NCBI GenBank assembly: GCA_016218365.1
Contig: JACREF010000005.1
Location: 130-64,129 of the forward strand
DNA length: 64,000 bases
Source of the DNA: Gammaproteobacteria bacterium
GTDB lineage: Bacteria; Pseudomonadota; Gammaproteobacteria; SZUA-140
Direction of reading: 5' to 3'
A program made the translations under genes and the position numbers. Of this stretch, positions 28,331-39,208 are shown piece by piece (position 1 is the first letter of the stretch; each line of letters opens with the position of its first letter). Under the pieces are notes generated by a model. It searched no databases. It had not been told where the DNA came from and saw only the letters and a program-made list of their open reading frames with translations.

Positions 28331-30151
28331 GTGATCGAGAACCTACGCAACATCGCCATCATCGCCCACGTTGACCATGGCAAGACCACGCTGGTCGACA
28401 AGCTGCTGCAGCAGTCCGGTACCCTGGACACCCGCGGCGGCGTCACCGAACGCGTCATGGATTCCAACGACCTGGAAAAGGAACGCGGCATCACCATCCT
28501 GGCCAAGAACACCTCGATCCGCTGGAATGACTACCGGATCAACATCGTTGACACCCCGGGCCACGCCGATTTCGGCGGCGAGGTCGAGCGCGTGTTGTCG
28601 ATGGTCGACTCGGTACTGCTGCTGGTCGATGCCGTCGACGGCCCGATGCCGCAGACCCGCTTTGTGACCCAGAAGGCCTTTGCGCTGGGCCTGAAGCCGA
28701 TCGTCGTCATCAATAAGGTCGACCGCCCCGGCGCCCGCCCCGACTGGGTGCTGGACCAGACCTTTGACCTGTTCGACCGCCTCGGCGCCACCGATGACCA
28801 GCTCGACTTCAAGGTGGTGTATGCCTCGGCGCTGATGGGTTATGCGACGCTGGACCTGAGCCAGCCATCCACCGACATGACGCCGCTGTTCGAGACCATC
28901 ATCAAGGAAGTGAAGCCGCCCCAGGTCGACTTCGACGGCCCGTTCCAGATGCAAGTCAGCTCGCTCGATTACAACAGCTACGTCGGCGTCATCGGCATCG
29001 GCCGCATCGCCCGCGGCCGCATCAAGACCAATTCGCCAGTCGTCATCATCGACCGCGTCGGCCAGCGCCGCACCGGCCGCATCCTGCAGATCCTCGGCTT
29101 CCATGGCCTGCAGCGTGTCGAGGTCCCCGAGGCGCAGGCCGGCGACATCATCGCCTTCACCGGCGTCGAGACGCTGAACATCTCCGACACCTTGTGCTCA
29201 CCGGACAAGCCGGAGGCCCTGCCGCCGCTGACCGTCGATGAACCGACCGTCAGCATGACCTTCCAGGTCAATAACTCGCCGTTCGCCGGCAAGGAAGGCA
29301 AATACGTCACCTCGCGCCAGATCCGCGACCGGCTGCAGAAGGAACTGATCCACAACGTCGCCTTGCGCGTCGACGACACCGAAGACCCGGACCGCCTCAA
29401 GGTCTCAGGTCGTGGTGAACTGCATCTGTCGGTACTGATCGAGAACATGCGCCGCGAAGGGTTCGAGCTCGGCGTGTCACGCCCCGAGGTCATCATCCAC
29501 GAGATCAACGGCATCAAGGAAGAGCCGTATGAACAGGTCACCATCGACGTCGAGGACATCCATCAGGGCACTATCATGGAAAAGCTCGGGCTGCGCGGCG
29601 GCGAGCTGAAAAACATGATGCCCGATGGCCGGGGCCGGGTACGCCTTGATTACATCATGCCATCGCGCGGCCTGATCGGCTTCCGCACCGAATTCCTGAC
29701 CGCAACCCAGGGCACCGGGCTGATCTACAGCGTGTTCGACCACTACGGCCCGATCAAGAAGGGTTCATACGGCCAGCGCATCAACGGCGTGCTGATCTCC
29801 AACGGCACCGGCAAGATCCTCGGCTATTCCTTGTTCAACCTGCAGGAACGCGGCAAGCTGTTCGTCGGTCACGGTGAAGAGGCCTATGAAGGCATGGTCA
29901 TCGGCATCCATGCCCGTGACAACGACCTGGTCGTCAACCCGCTGAAGGGCAAGCAGCTGACCAACGTCCGCGCCTCGGGCTCCGATGAAAACATCATCCT
30001 GGTTCCACCGATCCGCTTCACCCTGGAACAGGCGCTGGAGTTCATCGATGACGACGAACTGGTTGAGGTCACGCCGCAGTCGATCCGCATCCGCAAAAAG
30101 AAGCTGAAGGAAAACGACCGCAAGCGCGCCTCCCGCTCCGACGAGGATTAG
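28331..30151 (+). CDS. typA: Translational GTPase TypA/BipA
   Basis: [37 protein letters not shown], 606 aa. Confidence 0.97.
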   Translation: MIENLRNIAIIAHVDHGKTTLVDKLLQQSGTLDTRGGVTERVMDSNDLEKERGITILAKNTSIRWNDYRINIVDTPGHADFGGEVERVLSMVDSVLLLVDAVDGPMPQTRFVTQKAFALGLKPIVVINKVDRPGARPDWVLDQTFDLFDRLGATDDQLDFKVVYASALMGYATLDLSQPSTDMTPLFETIIKEVKPPQVDFDGPFQMQVSSLDYNSYVGVIGIGRIARGRIKTNSPVVIIDRVGQRRTGRILQILGFHGLQRVEVPEAQAGDIIAFTGVETLNISDTLCSPDKPEALPPLTVDEPTVSMTFQVNNSPFAGKEGKYVTSRQIRDRLQKELIHNVALRVDDTEDPDRLKVSGRGELHLSVLIENMRREGFELGVSRPEVIIHEINGIKEEPYEQVTIDVEDIHQGTIMEKLGLRGGELKNMMPDGRGRVRLDYIMPSRGLIGFRTEFLTATQGTGLIYSVFDHYGPIKKGSYGQRINGVLISNGTGKILGYSLFNLQERGKLFVGHGEEAYEGMVIGIHARDNDLVVNPLKGKQLTNVRASGSDENIILVPPIRFTLEQALEFIDDDELVEVTPQSIRIRKKKLKENDRKRASRSDED

Positions 30152-30295
30152 CAGCGTGTTCAAAAACGTAGCGAGGACGATCAGCAGCAAGGCGCACGGC
30201 GCACAGCGACCGAGACATATCACGGTAGATAGGCGAGGGAGCGAGCACCGCGCAACGCCGCTGCTGATCACCGCAGTAGTTTTTCAGCACGCTGC
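30151..30295. mobile_element. ~145 bp MITE-like element (family D)
   Basis: Terminal IRs GCAGCGTGTTCAAAAAC / GTTTTTCAGCACGCTGC; begins at the typA stop codon. Confidence 0.75.
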
Positions 30296-30298
30296 CCC

Positions 30299-32206
30299 AT
30301 GGCGTTGCTGACGCTGCGCAACGTCACGCTGTCGTTCGGCGGCGCGCCCTTGCTCAACGGCGTCAGCTTCAGCATCGAACGCGGCGAACGGGTGTGTCTG
30401 GTCGGCAGCAACGGCAGCGGTAAATCGACGCTGCTGCGGCTGATCAACGGTGAACACTATGCCGAGGACGGCGAGCTGATCATCGAATCCGGCGCCGTCA
30501 TTGCCTCGCTACCACAGGATGTGCCCGGCGACCTCGATGGCCCGGTGTTCGACATCGTCGCCAGCGGCCTCGGTGCCGCCGGCCAGCTGCTCGCCGACTA
30601 TGATCACGCAGTGCAGCGCCTGACTGAAAATCACGACGACCCGAAACGCATCGACGAACTGGCGCGCATCCAGCACCAGCTCGAGGCCTGCAACGGCTGG
30701 CAGCTGCAGCAGCGCGTCGACACCGTGTTGTCGAAACTGAAACTCGACGGTCACCAGCCGTTCTCCGGCCTGTCCGGCGGCATGAAGCGCCGCATCCTGC
30801 TGGCGCGCGCACTGGTCAACGAACCGGACCTGCTGCTGCTCGATGAACCGACCAACCACCTCGACATCGAGAACATCCTGTGGCTCGAGGAGTTCCTCAG
30901 CACCTTCACCCAGGCGCTGCTGTTCATCAGCCATGACCGCTCGTTCATCCGCCGGCTGGCGACCCGCGTGCTCGATCTCGACCGCGGCCGCGTCACCGAC
31001 TGGCGCGAGACCTTTGACCAGTATCTGGAACACAAACAGCAGGCGCTGGACAACGAGGCGGTGCAGCGCCGTGAATTCGACAAGCGGCTGGCGCAGGAAG
31101 AGGTGTGGATCCGTCAGGGCGTCAAGGCGCGCCGTACCCGCAACGAGGGCCGGGTGCGCGCACTGGAGCAGATGCGCGAGCAATACCGCGAACGCCAGGA
31201 ACGCAGCGGCAAGGCGACGATCGTGCTCGATGATGCGCAGCGCTCCGGCAAGCTGGTGGTCGAGGCCACCAATATCTCGCACGCCTTTGGCGGCAAGGTC
31301 ATCTGCCGCGGGTTCAGCACCACGATCCTGCGCGGTGACCGCATCGGCCTGATCGGCCCCAACGGCGTCGGCAAGTCGACCTTGATCAATATCCTGCTCG
31401 GCTATCTGACCCCGGACAGCGGCACGGTCAAACTCGGTACCAACCTCGAGATCGCCTATTTCGACCAGCTGCGCGCCCAGCTCGATGAAAATGCCACCGT
31501 CATCGACAATGTCGGTGGCGGCAGCACCTCGGTCACCATCAACGGCCAGCCCAAACACATCATCGGTTATCTGCAGGACTTTTTGTTCACGCCGGCGCGT
31601 GCCCGCACCCCGGTGCGCGCCCTGTCCGGCGGTGAACGCAACCGGCTGCTGCTGGCCAAGCTGTTCACCAAACCGGCCAACCTGCTGGTGATGGACGAGC
31701 CGACCAATGACCTCGACATCGAGACGCTGGAGTTGCTCGAAGAACTGCTGCTCGATTTCTCCGGCACGCTGCTGCTGGTCAGCCATGACCGCGCCTTCCT
31801 GAACAACGTCGTCACCAGCACACTGGCCTTCGAGGGCGACGGCGTGATCCGCGAATACGTCGGCAATCATGACGACTGGCTGCGCCAGCGCGCCGTCGCC
31901 AGCGTATCAGTGGCCAATAGCGCACCGGTCAGCACCGCCGCGGTGCCCGCAGCCAACAAGACCCCGGCGCCGGCCAAACGCGCCAAGCTCAGCTTCAAGG
32001 AACAACAGGAATTGACCACGCTGCCCAAGCAGCTCGAAGAACTGGAGTCGCAGTTGCAGACGCTGACCACGCGCATCAATGACCCGGCCTTCTACAAACA
32101 GCCGCAATCCGAGATCAGCCAGGCACAGCACCAGCTGAGCGAGCTGCAGCACACGCTGGCGCGCAGCTACCAGCGCTGGGAAGCACTGGAACAAAAGGCC
32201 GGTTAA
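30299..32206 (+). CDS. uup: ABC-F ATP-binding protein Uup
   Basis: Two ABC domains, linker EEVWIRQGVKARRTRNEGRVRAL, C-terminal KLSFKEQQEL...YQRWEALE. Confidence 0.93.
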   Translation: MALLTLRNVTLSFGGAPLLNGVSFSIERGERVCLVGSNGSGKSTLLRLINGEHYAEDGELIIESGAVIASLPQDVPGDLDGPVFDIVASGLGAAGQLLADYDHAVQRLTENHDDPKRIDELARIQHQLEACNGWQLQQRVDTVLSKLKLDGHQPFSGLSGGMKRRILLARALVNEPDLLLLDEPTNHLDIENILWLEEFLSTFTQALLFISHDRSFIRRLATRVLDLDRGRVTDWRETFDQYLEHKQQALDNEAVQRREFDKRLAQEEVWIRQGVKARRTRNEGRVRALEQMREQYRERQERSGKATIVLDDAQRSGKLVVEATNISHAFGGKVICRGFSTTILRGDRIGLIGPNGVGKSTLINILLGYLTPDSGTVKLGTNLEIAYFDQLRAQLDENATVIDNVGGGSTSVTINGQPKHIIGYLQDFLFTPARARTPVRALSGGERNRLLLAKLFTKPANLLVMDEPTNDLDIETLELLEELLLDFSGTLLLVSHDRAFLNNVVTSTLAFEGDGVIREYVGNHDDWLRQRAVASVSVANSAPVSTAAVPAANKTPAPAKRAKLSFKEQQELTTLPKQLEELESQLQTLTTRINDPAFYKQPQSEISQAQHQLSELQHTLARSYQRWEALEQKAG

Positions 32207-32216
32207 TAACATAGTC

Positions 32217-32341
32217 CGTAGGTTGGGCCGAGGTACGAGGCCCAACGTTGCCGGATCACAACGAGCACATGATTTGTTGAGGTGTCGATTTCGATTTGAA
32301 AAAAATGTTGGGCTTCGCATAAACCGCTCAACCCAACCTAC
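32217..32341. repeat. Inverted doublet of GTAG-type REP elements
   Basis: GTAGGTTGGGCCGAGGTACGAGGCCCAAC ... GTTGGGCTTCG...CTCAACCCAACCTAC. Confidence 0.75.
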
Positions 32342-32362
32342 CAAATCGCCAATACTGTAACC

Positions 32363-33217
32363 ATGATCGACACCAAACACGACTGGACCCCCGACTTCCT
32401 GTCAGCATGCCCGAAGCTGTTCGCACCCATCACATCGGTAGCGGCGTTACTGACCGCCGCTCACCGCACACATTGGCCGACGCTCACCGACTATCAAACA
32501 CTGCTCGATCACTACGGCCAGGCACCCCACACCGCCTCTGGCGCCGCGATCCGCTTCGTCGCACAGGGCGCCAGACCAAGCAGCCTTGCCGATCACTACG
32601 AACCCCGCATCTTTCTGCGCGGCGAGGTGCAGACCCGCACAGACAACTGGCACGACTTGTTCCAGGTCTTGATCTGGACGCTGTTCCCGCAGACCAAGCT
32701 CATACTGAACGCACTGCACTACCACGCCGCGCATCAAAGACATCAGATAGATCTGGCCAACACCCGCCGCACGCCGCTGGAGAATGCATTAACCTTGTTC
32801 GATGAATGCGGCGCGATGATCCTGTCGTCCGACCCTGCGCTGCTGCAACTGATCCGCGACTTTCGCTGGAAAGAATTATTCTGGCACAGACGCCGCGATG
32901 TTCAGACACAGCTGCGCTGCATCGTCTTTGGTCATGCGCTGTATGAAAAGGCGCTGACTCCCTATCCCGGCATGACGGCGCAGGCGCTGCTGTTTGATGT
33001 CGATGAGCAGCGGATCACGGCGCCCATCGATGAGCAGATCGCGCTGAGCGATGCCCTCGCCCGCCAATTCCTGGATGACCGTCAGCACACGCTGACACCG
33101 CGCCGGCTGCAGCCATTCCCGCTGCTCGGCATGCCGGGCTGGACCGTGGACAATCATGAGGCCAGCTATTACGACGACACCCGCCACTTCCGGCCGGGCC
33201 GCACGCTCAAACCATAA
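32363..33217 (+). CDS. DUF3025-family protein
   Basis: YEPRIFLRGEVQTRTDNWHDLF, LTLFDECG, VFGHALYEK, PFPLLGMPGW, FRPGR. Confidence 0.85.
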   Translation: MIDTKHDWTPDFLSACPKLFAPITSVAALLTAAHRTHWPTLTDYQTLLDHYGQAPHTASGAAIRFVAQGARPSSLADHYEPRIFLRGEVQTRTDNWHDLFQVLIWTLFPQTKLILNALHYHAAHQRHQIDLANTRRTPLENALTLFDECGAMILSSDPALLQLIRDFRWKELFWHRRRDVQTQLRCIVFGHALYEKALTPYPGMTAQALLFDVDEQRITAPIDEQIALSDALARQFLDDRQHTLTPRRLQPFPLLGMPGWTVDNHEASYYDDTRHFRPGRTLKP

Positions 33218-33565
33218 TCCGCCCCCCGCGTTTCATAGCAAATCCATATTAAAACAACATCGTGGCACAGGCTGCGTGGCAACCATGCCCCTGTCAGCCC
33301 AGCAGATGGATCCATCCTATCGAATGGCTGGCGAATGGCTGGCCAGGCCTGGAAACCAGCAGAAAAAATACCCCCAGTTACTTGATCCATATAGACATTA
33401 TGGGTTTTTAGCTGTATATTCCCTGTGGTAATTAAGCAGCACAGTCCTTCCGCAGCATGCAATCGCTACAGGTGGCTGGCCCCTGATTTCCGATACCTGC
33501 GGCAGGCGTTGCGCAAGAGGAGACATGCAAGCTGCGCGTCCAGACATCAGACGCGGCACATGTCG

Positions 33566-33605
33566 AGCTATATGCATAATTTATAAAACCTCCCTGTTTT
33601 ATAAA
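33566..33605 (+). promoter_or_regulatory. AT-rich putative regulator (CbbR/LysR-type) binding region upstream of cbbM
   Basis: TATATGCATAATTTATA followed by a perfect 10-6-10 IR TTTATAAAAC-CTCCCT-GTTTTATAAA (33580-33605), ~100 bp upstream of the start. Confidence 0.55.
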
Positions 33606-33707
33606 CCGGTGCCCCTATAGTCCGCTCCACAACACCCGTGCTCACAGCGTGGCACCGGTCAGATTTTGTTTGATGAATTGTTAATAAGTTAAGAGGAGTA
33701 CACAGCA

Positions 33708-35087
33708 ATGGATCAATCCAATCGTTATGCCAATCTGGACCTGAAAGAGGCCGATCTGATCAAGGGCGGCAAGCATATCCTGGTCGCCTACAAAATGAAG
33801 CCCAAGGCCGGCTATGGCTATCTGGAAGCCGCCGCCCACTTCGCCGCCGAATCCTCCACCGGCACCAATGTGGAAGTGAGCACCACCGATGACTTCACCA
33901 AGGGCGTGGACGCGCTGGTGTATCACATCGATGAAGCCACCGAAGACATGCGCATCGCCTATCCGATTGAGCTGTTCGACCGCAACCTGACCGATGGCCG
34001 CTTCATGCTGGTATCGTTCCTGACGCTGGCGATCGGCAACAACCAGGGCATGGGTGATATCGAGCACGCCAAGATGATCGACTTCTACGTGCCTGAGCGC
34101 GCGATCCAGATGTTCGATGGCCCGGCCACCGACATCTCCAACCTGTGGCGCATCCTGGGTCGTCCGGTCAAGGACGGCGGCTATATCTCCGGCACCATCA
34201 TCAAGCCCAAGCTGGGCCTGCGTCCCGAGCCGTTCGCCAAGGCCGCCTACCAGTTCTGGCTCGGTGGCGATTTCATCAAGAACGACGAACCCCAGGGTAA
34301 CCAGGTGTTCTGCCCGCTGAAGAAAGTGCTGCCGCTGGTTTATGATGCCATGAAGCGCGCCCAGGACGAAACCGGCCAGGCCAAACTGTTCTCGCTGAAC
34401 ATCACCGCGGATGACCACTACGAGATGTGCGCCCGCGCCGACTACGGTCTCGAAGTCTTCGGGCCCGATGCCGACAAGCTGGCGTTCCTGGTAGACGGTT
34501 ATGTAGGCGGCCCCGGCATGGTGACCACCGCCCGCCGTCAATACCCCGGCCAGTACCTGCATTATCATCGCGCCGGCCACGGTGCCGTGACCTCGCCTTC
34601 GGCCAAGCGCGGCTACACCGCATTCGTGCTGTCGAAGATGAGCCGTCTGCAAGGTGCCTCCGGTATCCATGTTGGCACCATGGGCTTCGGCAAGATGGAA
34701 GGTGAAGGCGATGACCGCAACATCGCGTACATGATTGAGCGCGACGAGTGCCAGGGTCCGGTGTATTTCCAGAAGTGGTATGGCATGAAGCCGACCACCC
34801 CGATCATCTCCGGCGGCATGAATGCACTGCGCCTGCCAGGCTTCTTCGAAAACCTGGGCCACGGCAACGTGATCAACACCGCCGGCGGTGGTTCCTATGG
34901 CCATATCGACAGCCCGGCGGCCGGTGCGATCTCGCTGCGCCAGGCCTATGAATGCTGGAAGTCCGGTGCCGATCCGATCAAGTTCGCGAAGGAACACCGG
35001 GAATTTGCCCGTGCGTTCGAATCCTTCCCGAAAGATGCGGATATGCTGTTCCCGGGCTGGCGTGAAAAGCTGGGCGTACACAAGTAA
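33708..35087 (+). CDS. cbbM: Ribulose-1,5-bisphosphate carboxylase/oxygenase, form II
   Basis: [10 protein letters not shown] start, [26 protein letters not shown] catalytic motif, LHYHRAGHG, 459 aa; AGGAG RBS. Confidence 0.98.
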   Translation: MDQSNRYANLDLKEADLIKGGKHILVAYKMKPKAGYGYLEAAAHFAAESSTGTNVEVSTTDDFTKGVDALVYHIDEATEDMRIAYPIELFDRNLTDGRFMLVSFLTLAIGNNQGMGDIEHAKMIDFYVPERAIQMFDGPATDISNLWRILGRPVKDGGYISGTIIKPKLGLRPEPFAKAAYQFWLGGDFIKNDEPQGNQVFCPLKKVLPLVYDAMKRAQDETGQAKLFSLNITADDHYEMCARADYGLEVFGPDADKLAFLVDGYVGGPGMVTTARRQYPGQYLHYHRAGHGAVTSPSAKRGYTAFVLSKMSRLQGASGIHVGTMGFGKMEGEGDDRNIAYMIERDECQGPVYFQKWYGMKPTTPIISGGMNALRLPGFFENLGHGNVINTAGGGSYGHIDSPAAGAISLRQAYECWKSGADPIKFAKEHREFARAFESFPKDADMLFPGWREKLGVHK

Positions 35088-35115
35088 GCCCAGGCTGTAT
35101 CCAGGCAGTAACGAC

Positions 35116-35145
35116 ACGCCCCCACCCTGCTGGGGGCGTTTTTTT
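35116..35145 (+). terminator. Intrinsic terminator-like hairpin between cbbM and cbbQ
   Basis: ACGCCCCCA-CCCTGC-TGGGGGCGT followed by a T run. Confidence 0.75.
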
Positions 35146-35200
35146 CCAGGCATGGCGCGGTCACGCAACCGCAGACAAAAGCCGGACGAAGGAGTCAACA

Positions 35201-36004
35201 ATGGACAATACAGACCAGTACAAGGTTCACAAGGAACCGTTCTATCAGGCGCAGGGTGATGAGGTGGCCTTGTACCAGGCAGCCTACAAGGCGCGTTTGC
35301 CAGTGATGGTCAAGGGCCCGACCGGTTGCGGCAAATCGCGCTTCATAGAATACATGGCCTGGAAACTCGGCAAGCCGCTGATCACCGTGGCCTGCAATGA
35401 AGACATGACCGCCAGCGATCTGGTCGGACGCTATTTACTCGATGCCGGTGGCACCCGCTGGCTGGACGGCCCGCTGACCACCGCGGCGCGCATTGGCGCG
35501 ATCTGTTATCTGGATGAAGTGGTCGAGGCGCGGCAGGATACCACCGTGGTCATCCATCCGCTGACCGATCATCGTCGCACCCTGCCGCTGGACAAGAAGG
35601 GCGAGCTGATCACCGCCCATCCCGATTTTCAGCTGGTGATCTCCTACAACCCGGGTTACCAAAACCTGATGAAGGAGCTGAAGCAATCCACCAAGCAACG
35701 CTTCACCGCGCTGGATTTCGATTATCCCGCGGCCAGTGTCGAGGCCGAGATCCTCAGCAAGGAGGCCGGCATCGAGCCCGGTCTGGCGGCGCAACTGGTC
35801 AAGATCGGTCAGGCCGCCCGCAACCTCAAGGGACACGGCCTCGATGAAGGGATCTCGACCCGGCTGCTGGTCTATGCCGCCACGCTGATTCAACAGGGTG
35901 TTTCCCCCAAGGCGGCCTGCCGCATGGCGCTGGTGCGCCCGATCACCGATGACGCGGACATCCGCGACACCCTCGACCACACCATTGACGTGACCTTTGC
36001 CTAG
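35201..36004 (+). CDS. cbbQ: RubisCO activase AAA+ subunit CbbQ
   Basis: KGPTGCGKSRF, YLDEVVEARQD, SYNPGYQ, STKQRF; directly after cbbM. Confidence 0.95.
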   Translation: MDNTDQYKVHKEPFYQAQGDEVALYQAAYKARLPVMVKGPTGCGKSRFIEYMAWKLGKPLITVACNEDMTASDLVGRYLLDAGGTRWLDGPLTTAARIGAICYLDEVVEARQDTTVVIHPLTDHRRTLPLDKKGELITAHPDFQLVISYNPGYQNLMKELKQSTKQRFTALDFDYPAASVEAEILSKEAGIEPGLAAQLVKIGQAARNLKGHGLDEGISTRLLVYAATLIQQGVSPKAACRMALVRPITDDADIRDTLDHTIDVTFA

Positions 36005-36006
36005 GC

Positions 36007-38271
36007 ATGACCACAGCGACTGTCGCCATGCCGGAAGCGCTGCAATCCCACTGGGAGGCATTGGGCTGCGGCTTTCCGCGAGTGGCCGAGGTGTTCCCGG
36101 ACTGCATGCGCGCCGCACAGACAGCACTCTCCGCCGAGGGCGTGACGGCCTACATCGAGCAGGCACGTTTTCTGGGCAAGATGGGACGCGGCGCCGAACC
36201 GATTCTGATCTTTCTCGAGGAATGGCCGGAGATTGCCCGGCTGGTGGGCGAACAGGTGCTGCCCGACATCATGAACTTCATCCGCCGGATGTCGAAGTCG
36301 CCCAATGGCAAGGCGATCACGCCCTTTCTGCAATCCCTGCCCGCCACCGCACGCCGGCTGCATTCACATGAACAGCTACGGGATTATCTCGCCATCGCCT
36401 TGGATTTGATGGAGCGCACCACCAGCTCGGTGCACGGCATCCATCAGACCTTTGCCAGCCCCGGCCTGCCGGAACTGTTCAAAAAGACGCCGGAATTGCT
36501 GGCGCAGCTGTCATTGGGCGGCCTGAAAAAATGGATGGAGTACGGGGCGCGCTATTACCACGACCATCCGGAGCGTCAGATCGATTATTTCAGCCTGCAA
36601 TCGGCCGACAGCCGCGCAGTACTGCAGCGTGAACGCCACGGCACCCTGCTGGCGGACAATGAACGCAGCTTGAGCCTGTACCTGCGTGGCCTGTGGCAGG
36701 ACGAGGACATGCTGATCCCGTATTCCAGCGCCTTCGATGAACTGCGCAAGCCGGTGCCCTATTACGACAAGCTCGGCATCCGCCTGCCGGATGTCTATGA
36801 TGACGCCCACGGCGTGACTGGACTGGATCGTTACCGCGCCACGCTGGCACACATGGTCGGTCATCGGCGCTGGACCACGGCCATCATTGCCGACAATCTG
36901 AGCCCGTTTCAACGCATGGCGGCGGAGTTCTTCGAGGACAGTCGCGTCGAGCATCTGGCAATGCGGGAGTATCCGGGCCTGCGCCGCCTGTTCATGGCGC
37001 TGCATCCGCTCCCGGCTGAAGATGCCTGCGATCCCGAAAAGGAATCCGGCGTGCGCCACCGCCTCACCATGGCGTCGCGGGCGATACTTGACCCCGGCCA
37101 TCCCTACCGGAACCCGCATATCATCGAGTTTGCACAACGCTTTCACCAGCTCATGGCCCAGGGTGATGCCAGCACCCAGGAGATCTGCGATCTGGCGGTC
37201 TCCTTTGTCGCACGCACCCGCCGCCAAAGCGATCAACTGGCCAGCATCCATTTCAAGGACACGGTCATCGACTACCGGGATGACAACCGCCAGATGTGGA
37301 AATTCATCGAACAGGGTGACGAGGAAGAGGCCTTCGATGAACCGCGCAAGATCGAACCTGGCGAGGAACTCAAAGGGCTGCCGCCACGGCATTATCATGA
37401 ATGGGATTACCATGCCCGGAGCTACCGCCCGGACTGGGTCAGCGTGTATGAAGGGCTGCACCCCTCGGGTGACCCGGCATATATCGACCGATTGTTGGCC
37501 AAACACGCCGCGCTGGCGAAGCACCTGAAAAAGATGCTGGACCTGCTCAAGCCGCAGGACAAGGTGCGTATCCGCTACCAGGAGGACGGCAGCGATCTCG
37601 ATCTGGATGTGGCGCTGCGTTCGCTGATCGACTACAAGAGCGGCGCCCAGCCCGACCCGCGCATCAACATGAGCCACTGCAATAACGGCCGCAATATCGC
37701 GGTGATGCTGCTGCTGGACCTGTCAGAATCGCTGAACGAACAGGCGGCCGGCTGTGACCAGACCATCCTGGAGCTGAGCCAGGAGGCGGTATCGCTGCTG
37801 GCCTGGGCGATAGAAAAGCTGGGTGATCCCTTTGCCATCGCCGGCTTTCATTCCAACACCCGCCATGATGTGCGCTACCTGCATATCAAGGGCTACAGTG
37901 AACACTGGGGCGACGAGACCAAGGGGCGGCTGGCAGCCATGCAGGCCAGTTACTCCACGCGCATGGGCGCGGCGATGCGCCACGCTGCGCATTATCTGGC
38001 GAGACAGCAGACCGATAAAAAACTGATGCTGATCCTCACCGATGGCGAACCGGCGGACATCGACAGCAAGGACGGCCGCATCCTGATCGAGGATGCACGC
38101 CAGGCGGTCACGGAACTGGATCAACAGGGCATATACTCATTCTGCATCAACCTCGACCCCAAGGCCGATGAGTATGTCGCGGACATCTTCGGCAATCACT
38201 ATGCCGTCATCGATCACGTGGCATCACTGCCGGAAAAGTTACCGCAACTCTTCATATCACTGACGAAATAA
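36007..38271 (+). CDS. cbbO: RubisCO activase adaptor CbbO (VWA domain)
   Basis: C-terminal MIDAS LLDLSES ... STRMG ... LTDGEP; 754 aa; 2 nt after cbbQ. Confidence 0.93.
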   Translation: MTTATVAMPEALQSHWEALGCGFPRVAEVFPDCMRAAQTALSAEGVTAYIEQARFLGKMGRGAEPILIFLEEWPEIARLVGEQVLPDIMNFIRRMSKSPNGKAITPFLQSLPATARRLHSHEQLRDYLAIALDLMERTTSSVHGIHQTFASPGLPELFKKTPELLAQLSLGGLKKWMEYGARYYHDHPERQIDYFSLQSADSRAVLQRERHGTLLADNERSLSLYLRGLWQDEDMLIPYSSAFDELRKPVPYYDKLGIRLPDVYDDAHGVTGLDRYRATLAHMVGHRRWTTAIIADNLSPFQRMAAEFFEDSRVEHLAMREYPGLRRLFMALHPLPAEDACDPEKESGVRHRLTMASRAILDPGHPYRNPHIIEFAQRFHQLMAQGDASTQEICDLAVSFVARTRRQSDQLASIHFKDTVIDYRDDNRQMWKFIEQGDEEEAFDEPRKIEPGEELKGLPPRHYHEWDYHARSYRPDWVSVYEGLHPSGDPAYIDRLLAKHAALAKHLKKMLDLLKPQDKVRIRYQEDGSDLDLDVALRSLIDYKSGAQPDPRINMSHCNNGRNIAVMLLLDLSESLNEQAAGCDQTILELSQEAVSLLAWAIEKLGDPFAIAGFHSNTRHDVRYLHIKGYSEHWGDETKGRLAAMQASYSTRMGAAMRHAAHYLARQQTDKKLMLILTDGEPADIDSKDGRILIEDARQAVTELDQQGIYSFCINLDPKADEYVADIFGNHYAVIDHVASLPEKLPQLFISLTK

Positions 38272-38275
38272 TTCT

Positions 38276-38523
38276 AATTGGGGTCAGAGTAAAAACTCTC
38301 TGGCTACTAATTTTGGTCAGAGTAGCGGGTAGCCTGGGTTGAGCGACAGCGAAACCCGGGTTTCACTCCGTTCAACCCAGGCTACCTCCTATCAAAAACA
38401 CTTAAGTAAGTACCATTCGGGTCAGAGTAAAAACTCTCTATACTATTCCGTTAGCGGAGGCGATGTTAGAAAAGTTTTTACTCCAATTTAACCCCAATTT
38501 ACCATTTACAATTTACCAATTTA
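38276..38523. repeat. GGGGTCAGAGTA host repeat containing a left-truncated family C MITE (38325-38418) and a terminal stutter
   Basis: TGGTCAGAGTA (38314-38324) and GGGTCAGAGTA (38419-38429) flank the MITE remnant; CAATTTA(C) is iterated at 38484-38524. Confidence 0.8.
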
Positions 38524-39165
38524 CGCCCTGGCGATGACGACATGCATGGCCAGCTGTGACGGGACATGTTCGACGCATGTATAACCCAGCTTGTTCAAAT
38601 CAATCCCGGTCAGCAGATGTTCACCTTTGCCTAGGATGACTGGGGAGATCGCCAGGTGCATTTCATCGACCAGCCCAAGCGTCAGGTATTGCCGGATCGT
38701 CGCGACGCCGCCGCCCACGCGGACATCCTTGCCCTGTGCAGCTGCCCTGGCCTGTGTCAGTGCCGATTCAATGCCAGCGGTGACGAAATGAAAGGTCGTA
38801 CCCCCCTTCATCTCGATAGAGGGACGAGCGTGATGCGTTAACACATACACTGGACAATGATACGGCGGGTTATCGCCCCACCAGCCCTTCCAGCTGTCAT
38901 CCGGCCACGGACCGCGCACCGGCCCGAACATATTGCGGCCCAGGATCCAGGCGCCGATATTGTCAAAACCGCGGGCGGCAAAGTCTTCATCGACACCGTC
39001 CGCTCCGCCGCCATTGCCAAACATCTGCTGGATGGTCCTGGTGCTAAAGGCCCATTGATGCAGCGCCATGCCGCCGACACCCAAGGGATTATTGATATCC
39101 TGATCAGGCCCTGCCCCGTAGCCATCTATCGAGATGCTAAAGCTTGAGACGCGCAATCTGCCCAT
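38521..39165 (-). CDS. Dihydrofolate reductase-family (RibD C-terminal) protein
   Basis: SISIDGYGAGP, ILGRNMFGP, VLTHH, VRVGGGVATIRQYL. The ORF-track extension to 39627 overlaps the SRPBCC gene and is spurious. Confidence 0.9.
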   Translation of the reverse strand: MGRLRVSSFSISIDGYGAGPDQDINNPLGVGGMALHQWAFSTRTIQQMFGNGGGADGVDEDFAARGFDNIGAWILGRNMFGPVRGPWPDDSWKGWWGDNPPYHCPVYVLTHHARPSIEMKGGTTFHFVTAGIESALTQARAAAQGKDVRVGGGVATIRQYLTLGLVDEMHLAISPVILGKGEHLLTGIDLNKLGYTCVEHVPSQLAMHVVIARA

Positions 39166-39208
39166 AGTGATTCTCCTGTGTATCAACGGGAGACAAGACG
39201 CCCGCTGG

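Noticed and set aside
33681..35201. Long antisense ORFs (506 aa here; also 30509-31870, 24785-26077, 58094-59248, 36511-37677, 11575-12624)
   Set aside because: They are shadows of well-conserved genes on the opposite strand in GC-rich DNA and have no recognisable motifs.
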